DNA of 64,000 nucleotides from a virus (Duplodnaviria; Heunggongvirae; Uroviricota; Caudoviricetes): IMG/VR virus record IMGVR_UViG_2880412407_000011; one strand, 5' to 3'. Shown piece by piece: positions 42,625 to 56,897 of this stretch (position 1 is its first letter; each line of letters starts with the position of its first letter). The notes under the pieces were generated by a model. It saw only the letters and a program-made list of their open reading frames with translations, ran no database searches and was not told where the DNA came from. The position numbers and the translations under genes were made by a program.

Positions 42625-43056
42625 ATGTTTGGAATCTTCAAAAAGAAAACCCGCAGAGCGGCAGCGGAAATTAAAAAGTTTGAGAAACGCGATCTGGCAC
42701 AGGCGGTGATTAACGCTGCATACCTGGTGGCCTATGCAGATGGTGAATGCGAGGCATCCGAGAAAGCGAAGATCGAACAGGTCTTACGTAATCAGCCTGC
42801 GTTGTCTGCGTTTACCTCGGAAATTAATGCGATTAGCGCAACTATTATCGGTCAGCTGGATACCAATTTTAAAATTGGTCGTCGTGCCGCGTTACGCGAG
42901 ATTGAGGATGTGAAACACGATACGCGTGAAGCGGAAGATGTGCTGGATGTGGCGGTGGCCATTGCGGAGGCAGACGGCGAAATTGAGCCGGAAGAGCGCA
43001 AGGTGCTGGAAGAGATTGCCGGTGTTCTGGGTCTTCGTCTGGAGAATCACCTGTGA
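42625..43056 (+). CDS. TerB-like (tellurite-resistance TerB / DjlA N-domain-like) protein
   Basis: 143 aa from MFGIFKKK; amphipathic acidic helices, EAD/EPEE pattern typical of TerB; AAGGAA SD. Confidence 0.5.
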   Translation: MFGIFKKKTRRAAAEIKKFEKRDLAQAVINAAYLVAYADGECEASEKAKIEQVLRNQPALSAFTSEINAISATIIGQLDTNFKIGRRAALREIEDVKHDTREAEDVLDVAVAIAEADGEIEPEERKVLEEIAGVLGLRLENHL

Positions 43057-43220
43057 CGGTAAAACTGCGCCTGGCTGTGGCTGCACTCCTGCTGTTTCTG
43101 GTGGTGATGGTGGATTTCACCAGCAGAATCATGTCGGTGCTGGCGGATGGGGTGCTGGTCTGCGGCATTGTGGTATTGCTGTGGCCGGTGATAAAAAGAA
43201 ACAGCCTGCATAATGCTTGA
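43053..43220 (+). CDS. hypothetical small membrane protein, translationally coupled to the TerB-like gene
   Basis: 55-aa ORF (GTG start overlapping upstream TGA) with two hydrophobic segments. Confidence 0.3.
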   Translation: MTVKLRLAVAALLLFLVVMVDFTSRIMSVLADGVLVCGIVVLLWPVIKRNSLHNA

Positions 43221-43534
43221 TTTTTTTGTTTGCTGTTTATTAAAAACACTTCTGCATGGTGAATCCCCCTGTGCGGAGGGGCGATCAGCAACCAGGTATA
43301 TGGGATAATCGCGGATTCAGGTGCTGATACTGAATTCACCGGGAGGCACCCGGCACCATGCTTTGCCACAAAAGTGTTGTTTCTGTTTTTCTCAAACTAT
43401 CATCGTTATCCCTTTATTTCCGGCTGCGCATGGCGCGGCCTTTTTTTTACGACCAGCCACTGGCAGATGGTCATCCTGTGATTTGATTCCGGTTCCGGCT
43501 TTTTAACTCTGTTCCTGTACACGGGAGAAATTCG

Positions 43535-45384
43535 ATGTCGATTAAACATTATGATGTTGTCAGGGCGGCGTCGCCGTCAGACCTTGCGGAAAAGCTGACA
43601 CACAAACTGAAAGAGGGCTGGCAGCCGTTTGGTAGTCCGGTGGCCATAACCCCTTATACCCTGATGCAGGCGATTACAGCAGAAGGTGATGTGGTGGTCA
43701 GTGGTGCAACTGAGCCGGATTGGTACTACGTCATCGTACTGGCCGGGCAGTCCAATGCCATGGCTTACGGTGAAGGGCTTCCGCTGCCGGATTCATACGA
43801 TGCTCCGGATCCGCGCATTAAACAGCTGGCGCGCCGCAGTACAGTGACGCCGGGTGGGGCTGCCTGCAGATATAACGATATTATTCCGGCCGACCACTGC
43901 CTGCATGATGTGCAGGATATGAGTACGCTGAATCATCCGAAGGCAGACCTGAGCAAAGGGCAGTACGGCTGTGTCGGCCAGGGGTTACATATTGCCAAAA
44001 ACTGCTCCCGTATATCCCGAATAACGCGGGGATCCTGCTGGTACCATGCTGTCGTGGTGGTTCGGCATTTACCCAGGGCGCGGAGGGGACATTCAGTGCG
44101 GACACGGGGGCCAGCCAGGATTCGGCGCGCTGGGGTGTGGGTAAACCGTTATATCAGGACCTGATTGCGCGCACCAAAGCTGCATTACAGAAGAACCCGA
44201 AAAATGTGTTGCTGGCGGTGTGCTGGATGCAGGGAGAGTTTGACATGAGCGCCGCCACCCACGCACAGCAACCTGCGCTGTTTACAGCCATGCTGACACA
44301 GTTTCGTGCTGACCTCTCCGTGTTTAACGCGCAGTGCCATGGTGGCAGTGCTGCAGATGTGCCGTGGATTTGTGGTGACACGACGTATTACTGGAAAAAT
44401 ACATACGCTACCCAGTACGACACCGTGTACGGCGGGTATAAAAACAGGGAGAGTGAGGGCGTTTATTTTGTGCCCTTCATGACAGACGGTAACGGCGTCA
44501 ATACCGCCACTAACGCGCCGGCAGAAGATCCGGATATTCCGGCATCAGGATATTACGGTGCGGCATCGAGAACGAATGGAAACCAGGTATCATCAAACCG
44601 CCCGACACATTTCAGTTCATGGGCGCGCAGGAGCATTATTCCGGATCGTCTGGCAACCGCTATTCTGAACGCAGCCGGGCGCACCTCAGCCTTCATCAGT
44701 GGTAAGGCACCGGAAATCAAACCCTCGCCCGGCGGCAACACGCCATCGGGTCCGTCTGCAGATACGTCCGTTCGCACAATCTCCCTGCTGCCGGCAGCCG
44801 GAGAGGCTGCTGCGCAGGGCTGGAGCATTAAGGATGGCGGAATTCAGTTGTCAGATGGTGTATTTAAGATCACCAAGCAGAGCAATAAAACCTGGTCCCT
44901 GACGCATCCGGTGGATGACGCAATTACCCTGCTGACACAGGGCGGCAGACTGACCTGTAAGTTCCGCCTGTCAGGCGCACTGACCAACAATCAGTTCGGG
45001 CTGGGGATTTATCTGTATACGGATGCTCCCGTTCCTGATGGTGTGGCGATGACGGGTACCGGTAATCCGTTCCTGATGTCGTACTTCACTCAGACCACTG
45101 ACGGCAGAGTGAATCTGATGCATCACAGGAAAGCCGGAAACACGAAGCTGGGGGAGTTCGGCGATTACGGTAACGACTGGCAGACGCTGGAGCTGGTGTT
45201 CACCGCCGGCAGTGCCACGGTTACTCCGAAACTGAATGGAGTGGCTGGCCCGGCATTCCAGGTTATAAAAGACAGTCTGACACTGGGACTGAATGCGCTG
45301 ACGCTGACGGATGTTACAAAAAATGCAGCGTATGGCGTTGAGATAGAAAGTCTGGTGCTGGAGATAAATGCACCGGCAGCATAA
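43535..45384 (+). pseudogene. NanS-p-like sialate O-acetylesterase (DUF1737 + SGNH hydrolase), frameshifted
   Basis: Two overlapping ORFs (43535-44164, 44137-45384) join at an A5 run (43997-44001) where A6 would restore one frame; N-terminal DUF1737-like MSIKHYDVV..., esterase motif GQSN. Confidence 0.65.
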
Positions 45385-45830
45385 TAAAAAAGAGCCAGCG
45401 ACTGACCTGAAAGAAGACGCTGGCTAAAAGGCCTTATATGTTTGTAGAGACTTATTTTTCACAGACAGCAATGATGCCTGTCAATATATTATCAATATGC
45501 GGATTGTTTCAGTTACAGATGCTTTATTAAGGAAAAAAACAGCCAGCACTGACTTTCGGTGGAGAGGTGCTGGCTCAAAAGGATAGATGTACTTCACATG
45601 TTGCTTCTATATGGCAGTACATTTTCTGACAGACAGTGACGGATGTTGTCAAGATATTGTGTCATTTATAACCTGAATCGGGGGAGGCCGGAATGTTATC
45701 TGGCATTTTTAGCAGAGCCTGAATGCCATAATCACGGCTCCCGGCGTTGGCCGTCAGTGGGTGACACTGGCGGCTTTTTTGTTTTCCTTTACTTTCATTT
45801 TCTGTCGGCGGTGACGGAGACATACATCAG

Positions 45831-46037
45831 ATGGAAAAAATCACAACGGGTGTGTCATACACCACGTCAGCGGTGGGGACGGGATACTGGTTACTGCAGC
45901 TGCTGGACAAAGTCTCTCCGTCCCAGTGGGTGGCGATAGGTGTGCTGGGGAGTCTGCTGTTTGGCCTGCTGACGTATCTGACAAACCTTTATTTCAAGAT
46001 TAAAGAAGATAAGCGTAAGGCGGCGCGGGGAGAGTAA
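45831..46037 (+). CDS. holin, phage 21 S-like (pinholin type)
   Basis: 68 aa; ...[49 protein letters not shown] resembles S21. Confidence 0.75.
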   Translation: MEKITTGVSYTTSAVGTGYWLLQLLDKVSPSQWVAIGVLGSLLFGLLTYLTNLYFKIKEDKRKAARGE

Positions 46038-46041
46038 AGCG

Positions 46042-46386
46042 ATGAAGAAAAAATACGAACTGGTTGTTAAAGGGATAAATAATTACCCGGATAAGATTAC
46101 TGTTACTGTGGCACTGGAAATTGGTGGGTATCCGTCACTGTTGTTGCCAGATGTGGCGATTAGTCTTGACCGTACTGAAGGTGCCACGCTGGAGTTTTAC
46201 GAAGCTGAGGCGAAAAAGCAGGCGAAGCAGTTTTTCATGGATGTTGCTGCCGGGTTATGTGAAGGGGATGGTCCGTTGCCGGAAAAGCGGCCCATCATTT
46301 TAGAGGCGCAGGATGTGTTGATAACCTACAGAGGAAAACTACCGGGAATAATTACGGGTTCTCTGAAGACTCCACCGCTGGCCTGA
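46042..46386 (+). CDS. hypothetical protein between holin and endolysin
   Basis: 114-aa ORF starting 4 nt after the holin stop. Confidence 0.4.
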   Translation: MKKKYELVVKGINNYPDKITVTVALEIGGYPSLLLPDVAISLDRTEGATLEFYEAEAKKQAKQFFMDVAAGLCEGDGPLPEKRPIILEAQDVLITYRGKLPGIITGSLKTPPLA

Positions 46387-46436
46387 AGACTTAACATATC
46401 CAGGGATTTGAAATCGATAAATCCTGATAAATATCC

Positions 46437-46970
46437 ATGAACGCAAAAATCAGATACGGCCTGTCGGCTGCCGTTCTGGCGCTGATTGGTGCAGGGGCGT
46501 CTGCGCCTGAAATCCTCGACCAGTTTCTGGATGAAAAGGAAGGTAACCACACCACAGCATACCGTGATGGTACGGGTATCTGGACCATCTGCCGCGGTGC
46601 CATCCTGGTGGATGGTAAACCTGTCGTCCCGGGCATGAAGTTGTCGAAGGAAAAATGCGACCAGGTTAACGCCATTGAGCGTGATAAGGCGCTGGCATGG
46701 GTGGAGAAAAACATCAAAGTGCCGCTGACCGAACCCCAGAAAGCGGGGATCGCGTCATTCTGTCCGTACAACATTGGTCCCGGTAAGTGTTTCCCGTCGA
46801 CGTTTTACAGACGAATTAATGCAGGTGATCGAAAAGGTGCCTGCGAAGCGATTCGCTGGTGGATTAAGGACGGTGGCAGGGACTGCCGTATTCGCTCAAA
46901 TAACTGTTACGGTCAGGTATCCCGTCGTGACCAGGAGAGCGCGCTGGCGTGCTGGGGAATCGACAGATAA
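46437..46970 (+). CDS. SAR endolysin (T4-type lysozyme, GH24)
   Basis: 177 aa; N-terminal weakly hydrophobic SAR segment (YGLSAAVLALIGAGASA), catalytic E-x8-D-x5-T (EGNHTTAYRDGTGIWT). Confidence 0.85.
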   Translation: MNAKIRYGLSAAVLALIGAGASAPEILDQFLDEKEGNHTTAYRDGTGIWTICRGAILVDGKPVVPGMKLSKEKCDQVNAIERDKALAWVEKNIKVPLTEPQKAGIASFCPYNIGPGKCFPSTFYRRINAGDRKGACEAIRWWIKDGGRDCRIRSNNCYGQVSRRDQESALACWGIDR

Positions 46971-47240
46971 GCAGAATATTTTGCTGAAAAATGAGGTTTG
47001 CTTACATGGATGGATAACACGAAATCCTGCAAATTGGCAAAATGTAAGTGAATAAAGTTAAAACAGTTGTTTAACACTCAGGCACCGTAATGATGCCTTT
47101 GTCATTTCTGCGCATCTCACGCGCATCTCACAACACAGAACCTTTCAGGATGACCCTTGAGGATACCGGTTTGGCTGTCGGTGCCTTTCTGTGGGCTGGA
47201 TTCCTGTGAGACAAGGTTCATCACTAAAAGGAAATAACCG

Positions 47241-47795
47241 ATGAATATGATGGCCGTGCCGTTTCACGGCAACTCTCTTTATGTAGTTAACCATAATGGC
47301 GAACCATACGTTCCCATGAAACCTGTCGTTGCGGGGATGGGGCTGGCCTGGCAATCACAGTTGGCTAAGTTAAGACAGCGTTTTGCGTCAACTATAACGG
47401 AAATCGTTATGGTTGCTGAGGATGGGAAACAACGCAATATGGTGTCCATGCCACTTCGAAAACTTGCCGGCTGGCTACAAACCATTAATCCCAACAAAGT
47501 AAAACCCGAAATCCGCGATAAGGTCATCCGGTATCAGGAAGAGTGCGACGATGTTCTTTACGAGTACTGGACGAAGGGTTTTGTCGTTAATCCCCGTAAA
47601 ATGAGCGTGATGGAAGAACTCAACCAGGCTTGTGCTGACATGAAACGGGATAAAAACATTGCCAGTGTGTTTGCTACCGGGCTGAATGAGTGGAAACAGG
47701 TTAAAGCCGCGCATGTATCAAAAATCCGTACGCTGGTAAATGAAGCGAATATGCTGATTGATTTTGTCCTGGCTGATACAGGCAAAGGGAAATAA
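47241..47795 (+). CDS. antirepressor-like protein (Ant N-terminal domain type)
   Basis: 184 aa; N-terminal MNMMAVPFHGNSLYVV..GEPYVPMKPVVAGMGLAW typical of phage Ant-type proteins; inserted between endolysin and Rz. Confidence 0.55.
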   Translation: MNMMAVPFHGNSLYVVNHNGEPYVPMKPVVAGMGLAWQSQLAKLRQRFASTITEIVMVAEDGKQRNMVSMPLRKLAGWLQTINPNKVKPEIRDKVIRYQEECDDVLYEYWTKGFVVNPRKMSVMEELNQACADMKRDKNIASVFATGLNEWKQVKAAHVSKIRTLVNEANMLIDFVLADTGKGK

Positions 47796-47951
47796 CAAAG
47801 GCGGATTGATGGGGTGGCTAATGATATCAGATAAACTCATAACGCTGGTGAAGAGCCTCTGTGTACTTGTCGGCATTTCATTTTCACTAATGCTGGTTGC
47901 TCTTTTTCTTTCCATGGCCTGGATGGCGTTGACTTCGGCAGGGCTGGTGGG

Positions 47952-48425
47952 GTGAGCATAAACCGAATGCTTTCCGCGTTTACCGTTATTCTGCTGGTGG
48001 TCTGTGGTGCGCTTAGTCTGGGGCTGAATCATTACCGCGATAACGCCATAACCTACAAAGAGCAGCGCGATAAAAAAGTCAGTGAGCTGGAGCTGGCAAA
48101 TGCAACCATTACTGATATGCAGCAGCGCCAGCGTGATGTTGCTGCACTTGATGCCAGATACTCGAGGGAATTAGCTGATGCGAGAGCTGAAAATGAAACT
48201 CTGCGTGCTGATGTTGCCGCTGGTCGTAAGCGCCTGCGCATCAACGCCAACTGTCCAGGCTCCTTGCGTAAAGCCCCCATCACCTCCGGCGTGGATAATG
48301 CAACCGGTCCCCGACTGGCAGAAGCCGCTGAACGGGATTATTTCATCCTCAGAGAACGGCTGATGGCAATGCAGAAGCAACTGGAAGGAGCACAGGAATA
48401 TATCCGTACCCAGTGTATACCGTGA
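47952..48425 (+). CDS. Rz: i-spanin Rz
   Basis: 157 aa; NHYRDNAITYK.QRDK...L.LANA.ITDMQ.RQRDVAALDA as in lambda Rz. Confidence 0.85.
   Translation: MSINRMLSAFTVILLVVCGALSLGLNHYRDNAITYKEQRDKKVSELELANATITDMQQRQRDVAALDARYSRELADARAENETLRADVAAGRKRLRINANCPGSLRKAPITSGVDNATGPRLAEAAERDYFILRERLMAMQKQLEGAQEYIRTQCIP
48178..48363 (+). CDS. Rz1: o-spanin Rz1 (lipoprotein) embedded in Rz in +1 frame
   Basis: MKLCVLMLPLVVSACAS lipobox; Pro-rich ...CVKPPSPPAWIMQPVPDWQ.PLNGIIS like lambda Rz1. Confidence 0.75.
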   Translation: MRELKMKLCVLMLPLVVSACASTPTVQAPCVKPPSPPAWIMQPVPDWQKPLNGIISSSENG

Positions 48426-48887
48426 TGTTTTGTTACGAAGGTGTTACTGGTAACGTTAAGGTAATTTAACAAAGAGTCAGTTCCGGACTTTATAGTGTGC
48501 TCAGTTCATGGCCAAAAACGATTTCTGTGATAAATATTTTGAATATTATTTACAGGTAAATGGAGTGGGGCACATGGATAGAAATATTACAATAGAGTAT
48601 GAAGTATATGCCCGTATTGTATGGGCAGAGAAGGCAAAACATGGTAATTCCGTGTGTTGCCATGATACCTGACTGGCAGAATTGTTGTTTGGTTTTGAGT
48701 ATATAGTCAGCGTCTTTTGTTCGGTAATTGCTCTTTCAATTAAAATGCCAGATATGATTTGCTTTTCTTTGTTGTTTAGTTTTTTTGTATATTATTTTTA
48801 TTGTTTTTATATAATTAGTTTTTTATTGTTGTCTTATTAAGGACGGTAAATTCAGGATGGCAGTCTGTAGATAAACGGAGGTTACTT

Positions 48888-49202
48888 ATGCTACATGATC
48901 ACCTGGCAGAATGTCTGGAGAAAAAAGGACTGTACCGGAGAGCAGCTGAACGATGGGCAAAAGTGATGGTACAGCTAAGTGATGACCAGAAAAGAAAAGT
49001 GGCGGCACAGAAACGAGCAGAGTGTTTGCGTAAGGCGCGCCGGACTCCGGTTTCACCGGTGAACCTGACCGAAATAAAACAAGCGGTCAACAGACTACAT
49101 TCTGAGTTGGGAATGGGATTTGAAGAGCGGCGGGTATTCCGACGATATAAAGGGACAGGAGAACAGAATACGTCCGGAAACGCGCGGTCAAAAAAATGCT
49201 AA
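48888..49202 (+). CDS. PerC/Pch-family transcriptional activator-like protein (tentative)
   Basis: 104 aa; EKKGLYRRAAERW motif is the kind of signature I associate with PerC-family proteins; preceded by ~400 bp very AT-rich DNA. Confidence 0.4.
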   Translation: MLHDHLAECLEKKGLYRRAAERWAKVMVQLSDDQKRKVAAQKRAECLRKARRTPVSPVNLTEIKQAVNRLHSELGMGFEERRVFRRYKGTGEQNTSGNARSKKC

Positions 49203-49283
49203 AAAATATCTGAGAGCGTTATTGCCTGTTACCATAAGAAAAAGCGACTTTAGTGGTCGCTTTTTGTGTCATATATAAGTCGT

Positions 49284-49520
49284 TTAAGTAAACCTGTCTG
49301 AACAGGTTCTCTGGTCGTGTTTGTCTTTGTTGGGTACAAATTGAGAATATTTTTCATTAATTAATCTTCTTCTGCAGGCTTCAATAACCCACGCTGAAAA
49401 ATTTCCTGAACCTTTCAGATCAAGAGCGATGTTAATTTGTTCAATCATCTGGTTTGGAAATCGGATGTTGCGGGTTGTTGTTCTGCGGGTTCTGTTCTTT
49501 GATGACATAATGTTGCCCAT
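49284..49520 (-). CDS. hypothetical ribbon-helix-helix-like protein
   Basis: 78-aa ORF; RFPNQMIEQINIALDL... resembles RHH DNA-binding fold. Confidence 0.3.
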   Translation of the reverse strand: MGNIMSSKNRTRRTTTRNIRFPNQMIEQINIALDLKGSGNFSAWVIEACRRRLINEKYSQFVPNKDKHDQRTCSDRFT

Positions 49521-49706
49521 ATTCAGTGTTGCTGATTTGTATTATCTGAAGTTGCTTTTACGTTAATTTGATGCAGATCAATTAATACGATACCTGCGTC
49601 ATAATTGATTATTTGACGTGGTTTGATGGCGTAGATGCACGTTGTGACATGTAGATGATAATTATTATCATTTTGCGGGTCCTTTCCGGCGATCCGACCG
49701 GTTACG

Positions 49707-49718
49707 GGGCGGCGACCT
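49707..49718 (+). other. cos: cosN cohesive-end site (lambda-type)
   Basis: TTACGGGGCGGCGACCTCGCGGGTTTTCGCTATTTATGAAAATTTTCCGG matches lambda cos; 12-nt GGGCGGCGACCT about 175 bp upstream of Nu1. Confidence 0.75.
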
Positions 49719-49893
49719 CGCGGGTTTTCGCTATTTATGAAAATTTTCCGGGGAAAATCATGTCGGTACTTCTCGAACATAACTATTTGTTTTTTCTAAT
49801 ATCGAATCCGTAAAGGTCCGACATGAAAACGCCTGAAAAAGTCATTTTCGGGCACTTTCATGTCGGACCCTGTATTTGTTGTGAGACTGTTTC

Positions 49894-50413
49894 ATGAAGG
49901 TTAATAAAAAGAAACTTGCCGAAATTTTCAACGTGGATCCGCGAACGATTGAACGCTGGCAGTCTCAGGGGCTCCCTTGCGTCTCCGGAGGTGGTAAGGG
50001 CGTTGAATCTGTATTTGATACCGCCACGGCAATTCAGTGGTATGCGCAGAGGGAAGCTGATATCGAAAATGAAAAACTCCGTAAAGAGGTTGAGGATTAC
50101 AGGGCTGCCAGCGAGGCAGATCTCCAGCCTGGGACTATTGAGTACGAACGCCATCGACTTACGCGTGCGCAGGCTGACGCCCAGGAGCTGAAGAATGCCA
50201 GAGACTCCGCAGAAGTGGTGGAAACCGCATTCTGTACTTTCGTGCTGTCACGGATCGCAGGTGAAATTGCCAGTATTCTTGACGGGATCCCTCTCTCAGT
50301 ACAGCGGCGTTTTCCGGAACTGGAAAACCGACATGTTGATTTCCTGAAACGGGATATTATCAAAGCCATGAACAAAGCAGCCGCGCTGGATGAACTGATA
50401 CCGGGGTTGCTGA

Positions 50414-50439
<26 letters not shown>
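49894..50439 (+). CDS. nu1: terminase small subunit Nu1
   Basis: 181 aa, near-identical by eye to lambda Nu1. Confidence 0.9.
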
Positions 50440-54116
<3,677 letters not shown>

Positions 54117-54136
<20 letters not shown>

Positions 54137-55433
54137 TCTCCCGCATATTGCCAGCATGGCTTTTAATGAGCCGCTGATGCTTGAACCCGCCTATGCGCGG
54201 GTTTTCTTTGTGCGCTTGCAGGCCAGCTTGGGATCAGCCGCCTGACGGATGCAGTATCCGGCGACAGCCTGACTGCCGGAGAGGCACTCGCGACGCTGGC
54301 GTTATCCGGTGATGATGACGGACCACGACAGGCCCGCAGTTATCAGGTCATGAACGGCATCGCCGTGCTGCCGGTGTCCGGTACGCTGGTCAGCCGGACG
54401 CGGGCGCTGCAGCCGTATTCGGGAATGACCGGTTACAACGGCATTATCGCCCGTCTGCAACAGGCTGCCAGCGATCCGATGGTGGACGGCATTCTGCTGG
54501 ATATGGACACACCGGCGGGATGGTGGCGGGAGCATTTGACTGTGCTGACATCATCGCCCGTGTGCGAGACATAAAACCGGTATGGGCGCTGGCCAACGAC
54601 ATGAACTGCAGTGCAGGTCAGCTGCTTGCCAGCGCCGCCTCCCGGCGTCTGGTCACGCAGACCGCCCGGACAGGCTCCATCGGCGTCATGATGGCTCACA
54701 GTAATTACGGTGCTGCGCTGGAGAAACAGGGCGTGGAAATCACGCTGATTTACAGCGGCAGCCATAAGGTGGATGGCAACCCCTACAGCCATCTACCGGA
54801 TGATGTCCGGGAAACACTGCAGTCCCGGATGGATGCAACCCGCCGGATGTTTGCACAGAAGGTGTCGGCATATACCGGCCTGTCCGTGCAGGCTGTGCTG
54901 GATACCGAGGCTGCAGTGTACAGCGGTCAGGAGGCCATTGATGCCGGACTGGCTGATGAACTTGTGAACAGTACCGATGCGATCACCGTCATGCGTGATG
55001 CACTGGATGCACGTAAATCCCGTCTCTCAGGAGGGCGAATGACCAAAGAGACTCAATCAACAACTGTTTCAGCCACTGCTTCGCAGGCTGACGTTACTGG
55101 CGTGGTGCAAGCGACGGAGGCGAGAACGCCAGCGCTGCGCAGCCGGACGTGAACGCGCAGATCACCGCAGCGGTTGCGGCAGAAAACAGTCGCATTATGG
55201 GGATCCTCAACTGTGAGGAGGCTCACGGACGCGAAGAACAGGCATGCGTGCTGGCCGAAACCCCCGGTATGACCGTGGAAACGGCCCGCCGTATTCTGGC
55301 CGCAGCACCACAGAGTGCACAGGCGCGCAGTGACACTGCGCTGGATCGTCTGATGCAGGGGGCACCGGCACCGCTGGCTGCAGGTAACCCGGCATCTGAT
55401 GCCGTTAACGATTTGCTGAACACACCAGTGTAA
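54117..55433 (+). pseudogene. C: prohead protease C / scaffold Nu3, frameshifted
   Basis: Lambda gpC/Nu3 sequence spread over several frames (54350-54574, 54520-55152, 55149-55433). Confidence 0.75.
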
Positions 55434-55442
55434 GGGATGTTT

Positions 55443-55775
55443 ATGACGAGCAAAGAAACCTTTACCCATTACCAGCCGCTGGGCAACAGTGACCCGGCTC
55501 ATACCGCAACCGCGCCCGGCGGATTGAGTGCGAAAGCGCCTGCAATGACCCCGCTGATGCTGGACACCTCCACCCGTAAGCTGGTTGCGTGGGATGGCAC
55601 CACCGACGGTGCTGCCGTTGGCATTCTTGCAGTTGCTGCTGACCAGACCAGCACCACACTGACGTTCTACAAGTCCGGCACGTTCCGTTATGAGGATGTG
55701 CTCTGGCCGGAGGCTGCCAGCGACGAGACGAAAAAACGGACCGCGTTTGCCGGAACGGCAATCAGCATCGTTTAA
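55443..55775 (+). CDS. D: head decoration protein D
   Basis: [27 protein letters not shown]... lambda gpD. Confidence 0.9.
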   Translation: MTSKETFTHYQPLGNSDPAHTATAPGGLSAKAPAMTPLMLDTSTRKLVAWDGTTDGAAVGILAVAADQTSTTLTFYKSGTFRYEDVLWPEAASDETKKRTAFAGTAISIV

Positions 55776-55794
55776 CCTGACCCTTCATCACTAA

Positions 55795-55817
55795 AGGCCG
55801 CCTGTGCGGCTTTTTTT
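55795..55817 (+). terminator. hairpin plus T-run between D and E
   Basis: gccgc-ctgt-gcggc followed by TTTTTTT. Confidence 0.45.
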
Positions 55818-55830
55818 ACGGGATTTTTTT

Positions 55831-56856
55831 ATGTCGATGTACACAACCGCCCAGCTGCTGGCGGCAAATGAGCAGAAATTTAAGTTTGATCCGCTGTTTC
55901 TGCGTCTCTTTTTCCGTGAGAGCTATCCCTTCACCACGGAGAAAGTCTATCTCTCACAAATTCCGGGACTGGTAAACATGGCGCTGTACGTTTCGCCGAT
56001 TGTTTCCGGTGAGGTTATCCGTTCCCGTGGCGGCTCCACCTCTGAATTTACGCCGGGATATGTCAAACCCAAGCATGAAGTGAATCCGCAGATGACCCTG
56101 CGTCGCCTGCCGGATGAAGATCCGCAGAATCTGGCGGACCCGGCTTACCGCCGCCGTCGCATCATCATGCAGAACATGCGTGACGAAGAGCTGGCCATTG
56201 CTCAGGTCGAAGAGATGCAGGCAGTTTCTGCCGTGCTCAGGGGCAAATACACCATGACCGGTGAAGCCTTCGATCCGGTTGAGGTGGATATGGGCCGCAG
56301 TGCGACGAACAACATCACGCAGTCCGGCGGCACGGAGTGGAGCAAGCGTGACAAGTCCACGTATGACCCGACCGACGATATCGAAGCCTACGCGCTGAAC
56401 GCCAGCGGCGTGGTGAATATCATCGTGTTTGACCCGAAAGGCTGGGCGCTGTTCCGTTCCTTCAAAGCCGTCAGGGAGAAGCTGGATACCCGTCGCGGCT
56501 CTCATTCCGAACTGGAGACAGCGGTAAAAGACCTGGGCAAAGCGGTGTCTTATAAGGGAATGTATGGCGATGTGGCCATCGTCGTGTATTCCGGACAGTA
56601 CGTGGAAAACGGCGTCAAAAAGAACTTCCTGCCGGACAACACGATGGTGCTGGGTAACACTCATGCACGCGGTCTGCGCACCTATGGCTGTATTCAGGAT
56701 GCGGATGCATTGAGTGAGGGTATTAATGCGTCTCCCCGTTATCCGAAAAACTGGAAGACATCCGGCGATCCGGCGCGAGAGTTCACCATGATTCAGTCAG
56801 CACCGCTGATGCTGCTGGCTGATCCTGATGAGTTCGTGTCCGTTCAACTGGCGTAA
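55831..56856 (+). CDS. E: major capsid protein E
   Basis: 341 aa MSMYTTAQLLAANEQKFKFDPLFLRLFFRES... lambda gpE. Confidence 0.9.
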   Translation: MSMYTTAQLLAANEQKFKFDPLFLRLFFRESYPFTTEKVYLSQIPGLVNMALYVSPIVSGEVIRSRGGSTSEFTPGYVKPKHEVNPQMTLRRLPDEDPQNLADPAYRRRRIIMQNMRDEELAIAQVEEMQAVSAVLRGKYTMTGEAFDPVEVDMGRSATNNITQSGGTEWSKRDKSTYDPTDDIEAYALNASGVVNIIVFDPKGWALFRSFKAVREKLDTRRGSHSELETAVKDLGKAVSYKGMYGDVAIVVYSGQYVENGVKKNFLPDNTMVLGNTHARGLRTYGCIQDADALSEGINASPRYPKNWKTSGDPAREFTMIQSAPLMLLADPDEFVSVQLA

Positions 56857-56897
56857 TCATGGCCCTTAGGGGCCATTTTCTCTCTGTGGAGGAATCC

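Noticed and set aside
42456-43535. Shiga toxin genes downstream of the tRNAs
   Set aside because: No ORFs of stxA (~320 aa) or stxB (~90 aa with signal peptide) type are present; the slot holds a TerB-like gene and a small membrane ORF.
46774-47055. 93-aa plus-strand ORF after the endolysin, considered as Rz
   Set aside because: It overlaps the endolysin 3' end in another frame and lacks Rz features; the real Rz/Rz1 pair is at 47952-48425.
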